A stretch of 64,000 bases of DNA from a bacterium (GCA_963674595.2 CAXXFV010000026.1:64001-128000), one strand, 5' to 3'; shown: positions 38,643 through 49,384, counted from the first letter of the stretch. Made by a program: numbers and translations. The notes: a model not told the origin generated them from the sequence alone.

Positions 38643-40889
38643 TTATTTGAGCAAAATCATTTTTTTAACCATATCCATACCACCGCCTTGCAGACGATAA
38701 AAATAGGTCCCTGAAGTCAGATGTGATGCGTCAAACGACACTTTATATGTTCCGCTTTGACGGTGATCGTCCACCAATACGGCAACCTGTTGTCCGCTAA
38801 GGTTGTAAACCCTGAGGCTGTAATGATCGTCTTTTGCAGCCCGGAAGGTGATGGTTGTGGATGGATTAAAGGGATTGGGATAGTTGTTAAACAATTCCAT
38901 CTCTTCCGGTACAGCATTGTCATTACGTTCAACGCTGTTTGTTTCTTTATTAATGACCAAGTTGTCAATTTCAACACCATCTTTATTAATTGCTTCAAGC
39001 TGTAATGTGTTGCCCGAAATGCTAATGTAGGTAAAATGGTATTCACAAACTCTAACCGTCACATGATCATAATCATAATATTGACCGCCCGGTTCCAATG
39101 AACAGCCGCCGCCGCCGGTTATTACATAACAGACATCATTTAAAATTCCCCGTTCATAATCGTGTGTATGGCCGTTAAATACCATATCTATATCGTACTG
39201 TTCAAAAAGCGGCACCAAATTGGTCCTGACGCCGATTTCACCGGGATATTCCGGCCAGCCTTCACTCCAGGGTGGTTTGTGAAAATAAACAATTGTCCAC
39301 TTTGTCTCTGCGCGCATCTCCGATTGCAGGTCCTGAACAAACCATTCGTATTGCGGCGTACCGGGAGAATAGGGGGAATCTGTATCCAGTGCAATAAAAT
39401 GTGCCGGTCCGTAATTGAATGAATAATAACGTTCTGTGCTGTCCGGATTGTTATGGGGTAAATAAAAAGAATTCAAATAGGTGCGTGCATTATCATGATA
39501 GGTGTCGTGATTACCAATGCAGGTAAAGATCGGCGTGTTTTTCAATATATCTTTATAGCCTGTGTAAAATATAAAGTCATATTCATCACCGATTGTCTGG
39601 TTCACATCACCTGCATGCAAACCAAAATCGTATTCTTTTTTCATGATTTTGTCTGTAACAGCCAGTTGGTTTTCTGAGCTGGCAACACCGGCAACATTGC
39701 TGCCTGAATCACCAATAATAAAAAATTTCACATTTTCAGTTGTTGCTGGTTTGGTTGTATAAAAATGTTCGGGCTCTGTCGTGATATCGTTAAACACGAC
39801 CCGATAAAAATATTTGGAGCCAGGCTGCAAACCGGTTATTTTTACCAAATGCTCATTTACCAATTCCTCATCGCTTATCGTATTGCTACAGGTTTCATCC
39901 TCTCCCCAATAAAGTGTTGTAGCTGTTTTTTGGAGGGTATTCCATTGAATAGAAATAGAATTCAAGGTCGGCAATACCACATGAGGATATCGGTCTACAT
40001 ACTCCCTGGGCTCTTCATCCTCTGCTAAATAGTAGATGCCATATTCACCCGTGGGCGGATTTGTTTCACTGATAGTCGCTCCAAAATCAGAATTGTAATA
40101 ACTTCTTACCGCCACATAATAATTACCGGAAGAAGGGAAGACGCCGGTCATTTGCGAAAAGGTACAATTAAGAGAACCGCTTGGCGTATCTACATTACCA
40201 AGATCATCATTTTCATCAACAATGTTTCCATCCGAATCAAACAGGGTGATATAGGTGTCCGTATCGCGGGGGTGTAAATCCAGAATCGGTGTGGCCCCTA
40301 TTGTATAGAATTTGCCTTCCTCTCCGGAAATTCTAAAATAATCAACATCATTCGCAGGATAAATGGCGCCATACACGGTATCATCTTCCGCAAGCGTGTT
40401 TGAGAATGCAGCATGGGCCAATGTATTGTCCGGTTCATGAACAAGCAGCCGAGTCTGCGACCTTCCACCGGCCAGTCTTACTTTATAGGCACCTGTTGTA
40501 TTTTTAGTGTTGAATATTTTTGCATAAAAAATTCCGCTCGTAGCGGGCACATACCCGGACAGGCGAAAGTTGTCATTTGCATTTCGTCCGGCTACATTTG
40601 ATGTTAAAATATTATTCGAATTTCCCTGCACGAAAAGTTCGATATTCGGACTGACACCATCGGCATTTTCAATGCTGGTTATATAATACATACTTGAATC
40701 ATTCATTTCTATAGAAAAATAATCAATGTCAACTGTTGAGCTAAACTGAGCTGAAATTACGGAAGAGTCACCGAGAGCTAAAACATTTGCCTGACTTGTT
40801 GTGTTGTTTGGTTCAACTTCGTTGTATTGCCCGAATAATGACAGGGGCAAAATTAATACTAGAATTGTTGTAAATATTCTTTTTGCCAT
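38643..40889 (-). CDS. Purple acid phosphatase-like metallophosphoesterase with PPC/FN3 domains and C-terminal sorting domain
   Basis: EVEPNN and HEPDN PPC repeats, GLQPGSKYFYRV, GDSG, GD, GNHD, GHTHDYER, NYPNPFNP. Confidence 0.9.
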   Translation of the reverse strand: MAKRIFTTILVLILPLSLFGQYNEVEPNNTTSQANVLALGDSSVISAQFSSTVDIDYFSIEMNDSSMYYITSIENADGVSPNIELFVQGNSNNILTSNVAGRNANDNFRLSGYVPATSGIFYAKIFNTKNTTGAYKVRLAGGRSQTRLLVHEPDNTLAHAAFSNTLAEDDTVYGAIYPANDVDYFRISGEEGKFYTIGATPILDLHPRDTDTYITLFDSDGNIVDENDDLGNVDTPSGSLNCTFSQMTGVFPSSGNYYVAVRSYYNSDFGATISETNPPTGEYGIYYLAEDEEPREYVDRYPHVVLPTLNSISIQWNTLQKTATTLYWGEDETCSNTISDEELVNEHLVKITGLQPGSKYFYRVVFNDITTEPEHFYTTKPATTENVKFFIIGDSGSNVAGVASSENQLAVTDKIMKKEYDFGLHAGDVNQTIGDEYDFIFYTGYKDILKNTPIFTCIGNHDTYHDNARTYLNSFYLPHNNPDSTERYYSFNYGPAHFIALDTDSPYSPGTPQYEWFVQDLQSEMRAETKWTIVYFHKPPWSEGWPEYPGEIGVRTNLVPLFEQYDIDMVFNGHTHDYERGILNDVCYVITGGGGCSLEPGGQYYDYDHVTVRVCEYHFTYISISGNTLQLEAINKDGVEIDNLVINKETNSVERNDNAVPEEMELFNNYPNPFNPSTTITFRAAKDDHYSLRVYNLSGQQVAVLVDDHRQSGTYKVSFDASHLTSGTYFYRLQGGGMDMVKKMILLK

Positions 40890-41113
40890 AATCGCGTACC
40901 TTTTTATTCTTGTTAAATTCGACTGTTTTGAAATTCTGATTATTATCTGCAGTTGATAATTGTCGATCACCAAAAAACATATATTAATTCAAATTTCATT
41001 TACGCTTAAATTTAGACGGCCTCCAAGCCTGTTTGTTTTAAATGACTCCTTTCTCAATTAGATGTGTCAACGTTCCTGTTTGCTTGTAATTTTTTGTAGT
41101 TTGCTATGTGTCC

Positions 41114-42781
41114 TTATTTTATATAAAACAACTTTATTACGGACTGAAACTGCCCGGCTTTTAACCTGAGCATATACATACCGCCCGGCAAATGACGTGC
41201 CTCGAAATTAATCTTGTGCTGTCCCGCCGGGACTGTCTCATCCAGCAGGATCGCCACACTTTGCCCCCGGATGTTAAATACATCAACTCTTACATGTACT
41301 GTTTTCGGCAGAGTAAATTGTATGGTGGTCGATGAATTAAAGGGATTGGGATAGGCATCGCTGAGTTTAAATCTGCCAGGCTGATCAGCAGAACTGTTTT
41401 CAGCTTCAACTTCGTTATAGTCATCATCCAGAATCGAAAAAACCACATGGGCAATATCGGTATTGTCAATATACTCTCCATAAACCGGGTCTGTGGCTAT
41501 TACACAGGAGGCAAAGCGGCTGCTTCCCAATCCTTTTGCATGGAATGGTATGAGCAGGTTCGAATGATCATTTGTATAATATCTGAAATCAGGCATTTTG
41601 CCGGGACCATTGTTCCTGATCGGATTCCAGGTATTTGGCGCGTGAGAACCGGGGCCCCACAGATAACCGCTTTCATGGTCACCTGTTACAATCAGCAGGG
41701 TTTCATCCCAATTACTGTTGGCCTCAACCCATGCGACCACCGACTCGAATGTTTTGTTAAAGTTATCCATTTCTTCAATCATCCGGCCCAGCACATTTTC
41801 TTCATTGGCCCAATCGACAGCCCCTCCCTCGATCATAAGAAAAAGACCATCCGGATCATTATCTAAAACATTCAATGCCGCTTTGGCCATCATTTCCAGC
41901 GTCGGTACATTCCTGTTAAACGCTATTTTGTAAGGCGGTTCGGTGCTGTTTACCGCCGGGTGAAACCATCTTTGCTCCTGAAGGGTTTTATAAACCTGGG
42001 CAACACCAATCACCCGTTTGGGTGTATCGCCCTGTGCCAGATTTTGAAATTCCTGTTTTTCCTGAATCAGGGTCCAGGGATCATCTATGTTATCTCCATC
42101 CGCGTCGCCGCCGATTGTCCCGGCAATTAATCCATTCCACACGGAACTATTACCGACGTATTGGTAATCAAAATTGCTCCATAGTTTAATTCCGTCATTG
42201 CTATATAGCGGGTGGCCGCAGCCCATTATAACATCTATGGCGCTCTGCGTAATCATCTCCTGAGCCATGTCTGCATAATTATACCGGCTTATGTTATGGG
42301 CCACAAACCCGGCCGGTGTGGCATGCGAAATCTGTACACTTGTCACCACACCTGTTGCCATTCCACAGGATTCGGCGCGTTCGAGAATATGTTCCACCGG
42401 CTGATGAAAGGCGTTCAAGCCGATGCCCCCGTCGTATGTTTTTATTCCGGTGGATATGGCCGTGGCCCCAGCCGCAGAATCGGTAAAATCATACAGGGGA
42501 TAGTCGAAATCAGCCCAGGCCGCCCGGCTGTCATACCCGCCCCCGAGTGACCAGGTGCTCATGGCATATTTTACGTCCCAGTTCGTATAAACCGGAGCGG
42601 AACCGTTCCAATACGTTGTAGCGGCAATATGATTGAATCCCCAGCCATCGGCTATCATAATAATAATATTTTTCTTTCGGGCCTGTACAGTTGTTACAAA
42701 AATCAGTGCTATCATCACAATCGTATGGATCGGTCGCAGGTGGATGTTGCTTCTCTTCAATAGGCTAAACTCCCTTATCAA
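41114..42781 (-). CDS. phoA: Alkaline phosphatase (PhoA family) with C-terminal sorting domain
   Basis: IADGWG, TDSAAGATA, HATPA, MIEGGAVD, TGDHESG, AYPNPFN. Confidence 0.9.
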   Translation of the reverse strand: MIREFSLLKRSNIHLRPIHTIVMIALIFVTTVQARKKNIIIMIADGWGFNHIAATTYWNGSAPVYTNWDVKYAMSTWSLGGGYDSRAAWADFDYPLYDFTDSAAGATAISTGIKTYDGGIGLNAFHQPVEHILERAESCGMATGVVTSVQISHATPAGFVAHNISRYNYADMAQEMITQSAIDVIMGCGHPLYSNDGIKLWSNFDYQYVGNSSVWNGLIAGTIGGDADGDNIDDPWTLIQEKQEFQNLAQGDTPKRVIGVAQVYKTLQEQRWFHPAVNSTEPPYKIAFNRNVPTLEMMAKAALNVLDNDPDGLFLMIEGGAVDWANEENVLGRMIEEMDNFNKTFESVVAWVEANSNWDETLLIVTGDHESGYLWGPGSHAPNTWNPIRNNGPGKMPDFRYYTNDHSNLLIPFHAKGLGSSRFASCVIATDPVYGEYIDNTDIAHVVFSILDDDYNEVEAENSSADQPGRFKLSDAYPNPFNSSTTIQFTLPKTVHVRVDVFNIRGQSVAILLDETVPAGQHKINFEARHLPGGMYMLRLKAGQFQSVIKLFYIK

Positions 42782-43053
42782 AAGACGGATTTAATTTCAT
42801 GTCAAGGTTTTTATGAATATAATTATTTTTGTCACTGAATATAATATTAAACGAGTTTAATAACGAACAAGAGGTTTAAAAAGTATTTTATATTAGATGA
42901 ATAAACCAAAAGTCGGATTCATTGTTTTTTAAGCCGGATAGTTACTTGCCGTATTTATGCTGCCGGCCGTGTGATGAGGGTAAAGGTTTAAAAAATGGCC
43001 AGACTTTTTATATATATTAATTATTTTAACAATGTAAAATTGATAGTAAAAAT

Positions 43054-43629
43054 TTAAATGCTGTTTATAAGTCTTTCAACAGCCTCTATTAACAAGTTTT
43101 TTGGTGAATTTTTCAACAAATGAAGAGGAATTGCTGTTTGTATTGTATTAAATATATATCCCTGAACCAGGCAAAACCAGTTAAACATCAGCTCTTTTGC
43201 TGATTCCCTTTCCTTGGTCAGTTTGAAAAACAAGTCCTGAATCTGCTCAACATCCTTTATAATCTCATCATTTGTCATTGGGGTGTTATAGTTGACCATT
43301 AATTTATAGAGTGCATTATGTTCAAATGCAAAATCCCAATGATTTGCTGATAATTGTAATATAATTTTTTCAGGGTCAGGCTCTGTTTCCATTGCCAGTT
43401 TATAGGCTTTATGCAGCTCACGATGCCCCGACATTGCCAATTCATTAAATAAATCTTGTTTGTTTTTAAAATATTCGTAAACTATTGGTGGGGTATAGTC
43501 AATTTTTTCGGCAATTTTACGGATGGTAACGGCATTCCATCCTTCGGAAATCCCAATATTCAATGCGGTCTCCATTATTGCTTTCCGCATCTGTTCTTTT
43601 TCTTTTTGCCTTCGTTCAATATGTCCCAT
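43054..43629 (-). CDS. TetR/AcrR transcriptional regulator
   Basis: GWNAVTIRKIAEKIDYTPPIVYEYFKNK HTH. Confidence 0.93.
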   Translation of the reverse strand: MGHIERRQKEKEQMRKAIMETALNIGISEGWNAVTIRKIAEKIDYTPPIVYEYFKNKQDLFNELAMSGHRELHKAYKLAMETEPDPEKIILQLSANHWDFAFEHNALYKLMVNYNTPMTNDEIIKDVEQIQDLFFKLTKERESAKELMFNWFCLVQGYIFNTIQTAIPLHLLKNSPKNLLIEAVERLINSI

Positions 43630-43630
43630 A

Positions 43631-43659
43631 TAACACCGTTATATTTTCTAACATTGTTA
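43631..43659. promoter_or_regulatory. Tandem TAAC-N3-GTTA palindromes, probable TetR operators
   Basis: TAACACCGTTA (43631-43641) and TAACATTGTTA (43649-43659) directly upstream of the tetR start. Confidence 0.6.
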
Positions 43660-43757
43660 AGTAAAATATTATATCAATTTAAATTTAGATATGCAAGTTT
43701 TTTTTAATTTAATTATGCAATGGTGGGGTGGAATTACCCTGCAACTGCAACGAATTA

Positions 43758-44570
43758 TCAAGCCGCCCTGTTTTTACCCAGGCTGACAACTGCCGCCATG
43801 GCCCACAGTAAAACAGCCCTTGAGAGAATAAATAATAACAGTCCTGTGCCTTTAACGATTGGGTCCAGAACCAACAGGGTTGCAACCAGACTTGTATGCA
43901 TCAGTATAACTATTAACAAGCTTTCCGTGTGTTTGTAAACCCATACCATCAGCACTCTGTAGGGTGGAAGCCAGGAAAAAAGTTTGGCTAAAAGCAATAA
44001 AAAGGGCAGTAATGATGTAAAACTGTTGACCTCCCAGAATAACGGAAAATGCCATGCACCCCAAACAAGTCCAATGATAACGCCTGTGTTGAAAACAGGA
44101 TGACGCTGCATTAGTTTGGGAACGGCAAATCCTGTCCAGCCGAGTTCTTCAAAAACAGCGACGATCAAACCGCCGATGGGAGCGAACAGCAACAGGTTTA
44201 GCTTTTCATTCGAAAGAAAAACAGCGGGAAGGAATTTATGAGAGAACAGTGAAAGCACGGCAATAACGGCCGCTGTTAAAACCGGGGCCGTTAATAGCGC
44301 CACGGCATACCATTTCACGTTCACGCGCCATTTGACCAATCGGGATAAAAGACTGCGATAACCGGCCAACCCGGAAAAAAAACCTGTTAAAAGAATGCCG
44401 GCAATGCTTGGTCCGAGAAGGATGGCCATGCCCAGTGTCATTGCCTGTTCTTCCGTTACCGGAAAGCCATTGGGATCGGCCAGAATATAAATGACTCCCC
44501 ATGAGATGACAAAAACCAGGCTGAAATAGGTCAGCAGTGGATACTTTTTGCAAGTTTTGGTTGATAACAT
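43758..44570 (-). CDS. CPBP/CAAX-protease (Abi) family membrane protein
   Basis: EELGWTG, WGAWHFP, MH. Multi-TM. Confidence 0.9.
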   Translation of the reverse strand: MLSTKTCKKYPLLTYFSLVFVISWGVIYILADPNGFPVTEEQAMTLGMAILLGPSIAGILLTGFFSGLAGYRSLLSRLVKWRVNVKWYAVALLTAPVLTAAVIAVLSLFSHKFLPAVFLSNEKLNLLLFAPIGGLIVAVFEELGWTGFAVPKLMQRHPVFNTGVIIGLVWGAWHFPLFWEVNSFTSLLPFLLLLAKLFSWLPPYRVLMVWVYKHTESLLIVILMHTSLVATLLVLDPIVKGTGLLLFILSRAVLLWAMAAVVSLGKNRAA

Positions 44571-44635
44571 GGTGTACCCGGTATATTGTTTTTTAACAGA
44601 ATTTGTGGAACAGTGCAGCAGTACCATATTCCGGT

Positions 44636-44899
44636 TTATTTTTTTCGTGACGGCGGGTGGTCCATGTTCATGTAAACGCCGCCTTTTTCAAGTTCATCAA
44701 GCATTTGAGCAAGTCGTTTTTCTTTTGTCGGTTGAAGCTTGGCCCTGTTTATCCATCCGATATAATCATTTTGCTGATAGGCCGGACGCGCCTGATAGTC
44801 CGCCATCAGACCGCGTTCTTCCAAAGCCTGCCGGACAAAATCCGACATGGGATGTTTTGGCCGTTTTAAATTCGAATGTTCTTGTATGGGTTTGTTCAT
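44636..44899 (-). CDS. YdeI/OmpD-associated family protein
   Basis: YQQNDYIGWINRAK...TKEKRLAQMLDEL. Confidence 0.85.
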   Translation of the reverse strand: MNKPIQEHSNLKRPKHPMSDFVRQALEERGLMADYQARPAYQQNDYIGWINRAKLQPTKEKRLAQMLDELEKGGVYMNMDHPPSRKK

Positions 44900-44941
44900 T
44901 TTTCTCCTTTAAGGGCCGGAGGCATCTCATTGTTGGAAAAA

Positions 44942-45616
44942 TTATCTGTTAATTTTTTTTGCCAGTTTTTTTATAAAAAACGGTTTTCCATGTGCCGGAT
45001 ATATTTGTTTGACGCCCAAATCGGTCAGTTTTTTCCAGCTCTTAAACAGTACATCCATATTTTCAGCGAAAACAGGGAGGTCAGCACCCAATGTCATGGG
45101 CAGGGCATTCATTGCCATATCGCCGACAAACGCATCACCAGAGTCCAGCACGACTGAAACTGAACCGGACGAATGGCCGGGCGTGAAAACGATGCTGCCG
45201 TTTATGCCAAACTCTTCTAATGATATGTCTTCATCGCCGATTATAATATCGGCTTTACACGGCTCTAGAACAAATTTCCGGCTCCAGTTTTTTAAAAACG
45301 CGCCGAATATTTTGCCCCAGCGCGTTACACCGGGCGGCATGGACTGCTTTCCACTTTCCAAAAAACGTGCTTCGTTTTTATGCACAATAATCTTTGCGCC
45401 GGTTGTTTCTTTGATGGCTTTTACGCAGCCGATGTGGTCCCAATGACAATGTGTTAAAACAACCCCCTTAATTTCCTTTGGATCAATCCCTGCCTTTTGC
45501 ACTCCTTTGATCAAATCGTTACATGATCCGGGCATGCCGCCGTCGATTAATATTGTGCCTTTATCTTTTAAAAGGTAACAATTATCAACACCAACCTTTA
45601 TTGTTTTAATTTCCAT
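44942..45616 (-). CDS. MBL-fold metallo-hydrolase
   Basis: THCHWDHIG, TPGHS, GD, PAHG. Confidence 0.92.
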   Translation of the reverse strand: MEIKTIKVGVDNCYLLKDKGTILIDGGMPGSCNDLIKGVQKAGIDPKEIKGVVLTHCHWDHIGCVKAIKETTGAKIIVHKNEARFLESGKQSMPPGVTRWGKIFGAFLKNWSRKFVLEPCKADIIIGDEDISLEEFGINGSIVFTPGHSSGSVSVVLDSGDAFVGDMAMNALPMTLGADLPVFAENMDVLFKSWKKLTDLGVKQIYPAHGKPFFIKKLAKKINR

Positions 45617-45638
45617 CCTTTTGCTCTTTTTTTCAGGA

Positions 45639-46229
45639 TTATTTTTTGTATGTTCCTGTTAATTCGCCAAAAGCCAAAATATGATCTTTCATTGCCTTCA
45701 TCAGATCTTTTTTTGCCGGCTGCAATAACTCAATATGAGGAACAGATAAAGCATAAATCCTGAAATAGTAGCGATGGGTGCCAAAAGGCGGGTTCGGACC
45801 GACATATTCAACGCCCTTAGTTATGTTTGTGCCCAGACTCATATTGTTTTGCTTTAATTGTTCAGCGGTTTGTGCGCTTTCTAAAAATTTGATTTCCGGA
45901 TTTATGTTAAAAATAACCCAATGATCAACCGTCATTAATTTTATAAAAGGTGAGGGGGCATCATAATCAACAACGATTATCGCTAAAGATTGGGTCCCTT
46001 CCGGCAGATTGTCCCAATATAAGGAGGGAGAGGTGTTTTCGCCCAGTCCTGTATGCAGGGTCGGAATCGGGCCGTTTTGTTCAAAATCATCGGACCATAA
46101 TTTAATTGACTGTGGGATATTTTTATGGTAATTCAATTCCTCTTTTTGGTCCGTATAAACAATGAAAATCCTGACAGCAATAATGAGGATTATTAACACC
46201 GGTATAAAAATTAATATTTTCTTGAGCAT
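45639..46229 (-). CDS. YbhB/YbcL (PEBP) family protein
   Basis: SPSLYW, DYDAP, HWV, GPNPPFGTHRYYFRIYAL. Confidence 0.9.
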   Translation of the reverse strand: MLKKILIFIPVLIILIIAVRIFIVYTDQKEELNYHKNIPQSIKLWSDDFEQNGPIPTLHTGLGENTSPSLYWDNLPEGTQSLAIIVVDYDAPSPFIKLMTVDHWVIFNINPEIKFLESAQTAEQLKQNNMSLGTNITKGVEYVGPNPPFGTHRYYFRIYALSVPHIELLQPAKKDLMKAMKDHILAFGELTGTYKK

Positions 46230-46488
46230 AAAAGGTCCCTGGTAATAATATTTTTCAGGTGAAATATAAGGTTGTATCCGGTATTTAAAGTACCGCCAAC
46301 CATGTTTATACAAAATAAATAAAATTTTTGAATTAATTAAGTATTATGTAAAAAACTTGATCCAAACCTGATGTATGCGGCTTTTTATTTAATCGTGCAA
46401 TGGTTTGGTAAAACTGCACCATACGACTTTGTTGAGGCTATGTTTAAAAACGCCCCGGTGGAATCCCGGGGCGGCAAAGTGTATACGA

Positions 46489-47946
46489 TTAAAAAATCAT
46501 TTTTATGGGTACCGCAATAATTAAAATACAAATGTCCAGCAGGACCAGGCTGAAAAATGCCCGCCATTTTGAAAATTCATTAGCCTGGCTAATAATCGGG
46601 ATCGAGATGACGATGCCCCATATAATGACAATTTGATAAATAAACACAACAAGAATGAGAAACAAAACAGCGATAACCGGGAAATTGTTAACAGCAAAGG
46701 AATGCCGGAACAGACCATCGCCAAAGATTATCAGAATTCCAATCCAGAGAATAATAAGGGATGCCGTGGGAATATGGGCTGTTGCGAGTGATGTCATATT
46801 GTTGCGCCAGGTGCCTTTTCCCTTGAAAAGACGGGCGATGCCCTGCAAACCCAGGCCAAGGACCGGTAAAAAAATGATACCGGATAAAAGTGCTAAAGTG
46901 ATATATCTTAAAATAACGTTACTTTCCGCATAGCGCCTGGAACCCATAGTCGCGGCAGATAAACCAATTATAACAAATGCACTGAAAATTGTAATGATCA
47001 TGAAAAGGGGAATGCGGGAAAACCGGCTGTTCATCAGGTTATAGGCCTGCCTCGGATTCGTCCAGATACAGGTAAACGGATTTTTGGAATCCGCTGGTTT
47101 GGCGGCGTGTTCCGCAGGACCGGGTTTTTCTCCCCGGTTATAGAGAATTATCAAAATTATCCCTGTAGTTAAAAAGAGGACCGTCCAGAACAGTAAACCA
47201 TGGGTTTCAGTAAAGGGAACAGAACGATCCGCCACGACCTCTTCCGGGATTTCCTGCGGAACTATATCGGTTTCACGTTCGATCTGTTCCGGTGGCTCTT
47301 GCTGCATTTCAGTCTTCAAAGGTTGGATTTCGGTTATCTGGCTTTTGGGCAATGGTTGAGGTACGAGGTTTTCAATTACATCCGGTGTTTGTTCCGGTTC
47401 CGGTTGGACATCTACAACCGATTCCTGCATAGTTACCCGTTCCATAACCGGTCTTTGTAAATGATCAAAGATGTGCTGAAGCATCAGGAATCCCACACAC
47501 AGGACGACAATACCAATTATATATTTTGATTGATTCCTGGCTGAAAGTTTCACGCTAACCAGCAGTACTAGAAAAGAAAAGATCATCAGTAAAATTACAG
47601 GGTATAATTGGGTATAAATGGTTTGCATATTCACCCTGTTTAGTGTCAGCAGTTCAAACAGCCGGGTATTTAAAAGTAGGACCGCTATCATCATACTTGC
47701 TACAGCAAAAATTGCGAAGGGAATTGTGACAAATTTATAAGCCCCTGACCGGCAGGTGGTATATTTGATGAAAAGAAATATGATTATAAAGATAACCAGC
47801 AGAGGCATGATCTGGAGTTGACCGCCGCCTGACGCCTGCCCCGGCCTGGAGGCCACCATACAATGGATAGGGTCCAAACGAATTGAAAACAAGCTGAGAA
47901 CCAGAAAAAACAGGAAACTCTTTGCAAATTGTGTTTTCATGATCAC
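46489..47946 (-). CDS. Multi-TM membrane protein with a C-terminal Yip1-like domain
   Basis: N-terminal TMs, acidic Pro-rich linker, NPFTCIWTNP followed by five TMs. Confidence 0.7.
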   Translation of the reverse strand: MIMKTQFAKSFLFFLVLSLFSIRLDPIHCMVASRPGQASGGGQLQIMPLLVIFIIIFLFIKYTTCRSGAYKFVTIPFAIFAVASMMIAVLLLNTRLFELLTLNRVNMQTIYTQLYPVILLMIFSFLVLLVSVKLSARNQSKYIIGIVVLCVGFLMLQHIFDHLQRPVMERVTMQESVVDVQPEPEQTPDVIENLVPQPLPKSQITEIQPLKTEMQQEPPEQIERETDIVPQEIPEEVVADRSVPFTETHGLLFWTVLFLTTGIILIILYNRGEKPGPAEHAAKPADSKNPFTCIWTNPRQAYNLMNSRFSRIPLFMIITIFSAFVIIGLSAATMGSRRYAESNVILRYITLALLSGIIFLPVLGLGLQGIARLFKGKGTWRNNMTSLATAHIPTASLIILWIGILIIFGDGLFRHSFAVNNFPVIAVLFLILVVFIYQIVIIWGIVISIPIISQANEFSKWRAFFSLVLLDICILIIAVPIKMIF

Positions 47947-48086
47947 ACCTCTTTTTTAATGTGAAACGAAAATGTTATCGGACATTCGACTAATCGTTGC
48001 AGGGTGCAGTAAAAGCACACCTTGTGGCTAAAAATGTTTTAAATTAAAAATATCCTGATTCGTTAACACAAAAATCGTTAAGGTAA

Positions 48087-48458
48087 TCAAGTGTCTTTTA
48101 AAAGCCACTCAACCGCCTGATCAAATGAATGAAATGTCTCTACTTGGTAACCGACATTGACGGCAACGGTCTCTGAAAATTTATGTGACGTGTCGCCCTT
48201 AGCAATGACAACAGCTACGCGAATATCACGAGGGAACCCAATACTCGGAATGTCACTGTGAGCAAAATTGTATTCTTTCGTCGTACCCATGACATTGGGT
48301 GCATCGCGAAAATCGGAAATTATCCGTTTAATGCCTGTTTTTTTATAAAGTTTTACATATTCTTGTGTCAGTTCTATAATGACCTTTCTGGTTAACGGCA
48401 CGTTTACTTTACCCATAATATAGGTGTTATCATCTGATATTGTTATTTCGAAATCCAT
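48087..48458 (-). CDS. Hypothetical STAS/SpoIIAA-like protein
   Basis: IISDFR, RVAVV, FSETVAVN, FHSFDQAVEWL. Confidence 0.7.
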   Translation of the reverse strand: MDFEITISDDNTYIMGKVNVPLTRKVIIELTQEYVKLYKKTGIKRIISDFRDAPNVMGTTKEYNFAHSDIPSIGFPRDIRVAVVIAKGDTSHKFSETVAVNVGYQVETFHSFDQAVEWLLKDT

Positions 48459-48662
48459 ACTTTTTCTCCGCTAATACAATATTGACCAGACTGTGGATTT
48501 GATTCATCTTTTTGTGCTGACAAGAATTTTAAGTTTTTTTTCATATGTAATTCCAAATCAAGGATTTATTTTTCATGTCGACTGTTTGCCGGGGCCTCAA
48601 CAAGCGGTATGACAGTTAATTGAAATGTTTGTTCATGATTTAATAGTGACAATATTTTCTCA

Positions 48663-49361
48663 CTAGTTTTTCGCATGTTTTAGCCAGATAATATCGGCTT
48701 CCAGTTTGCAAATTCGGCTGATAGCTGCTGCAAATTTTTCGCCCTTGAAAAGAAAAGGTTCCAGGGCGGTTGTTTGTATGTGAACCTTGCCGGGCTGGTC
48801 CATTTCCGGGTCCGAAAGCAGGGCCGCGATATGATGACCCACAGCGCCCGGTTCGTCCTCTGCAACGTATAATGTGTGGTTTACACCCGCACGTGACAAT
48901 TTTTTACCGGGACGTGAGATCATCCATTCAATCCACCCGCCATCGGGAAAAAACAGTGAGCCTCCCTGTTCCTGTAAATTGATCTTTGCCAGGGCAAGCG
49001 GTTTTAAACCAAATGATTCAAGATGGTCCCTGACATCTTTGTTGTTCGATGCGGATGCCAGTGAGAACCAGGCTGAGGAAGGCAGCATCGTATCCGCACC
49101 TTTTACCAATGGACCGGTCTCTGAGGATCTCAAACTTGACCATAAATGAAGCTCCACGCTTCGGCCGGTTTCGTAACCATTAAAAGAATTTTTGCTGCAA
49201 ACCTGTGCCAACAGCGCCACATAACATCGTGATTTCTCATCCAGCGTGAGAGTGTGGTGTGAGGGGATATTTTGAATCCGTTTGGCCGGAAGACGTATCA
49301 TAATTATGTTTTCAGTCCCCACTTTACGGGATAATGTTACCGAATCAGATCGTTTACTCAT
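48663..49361 (-). CDS. Hypothetical protein
   Basis: 232-aa ORF directly downstream of promoter module copy E. Confidence 0.6.
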   Translation of the reverse strand: MSKRSDSVTLSRKVGTENIIMIRLPAKRIQNIPSHHTLTLDEKSRCYVALLAQVCSKNSFNGYETGRSVELHLWSSLRSSETGPLVKGADTMLPSSAWFSLASASNNKDVRDHLESFGLKPLALAKINLQEQGGSLFFPDGGWIEWMISRPGKKLSRAGVNHTLYVAEDEPGAVGHHIAALLSDPEMDQPGKVHIQTTALEPFLFKGEKFAAAISRICKLEADIIWLKHAKN

Positions 49362-49384
49362 TGTTGGTCCATTTTTATGTAGAG

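Noticed and set aside
48466-48575. Possible seventh copy of the promoter-hairpin module
   Set aside because: Only short fragments (CTAATACAAT, GCTGAC) match, and no correctly spaced -35/-10 pair or stems are recognisable.
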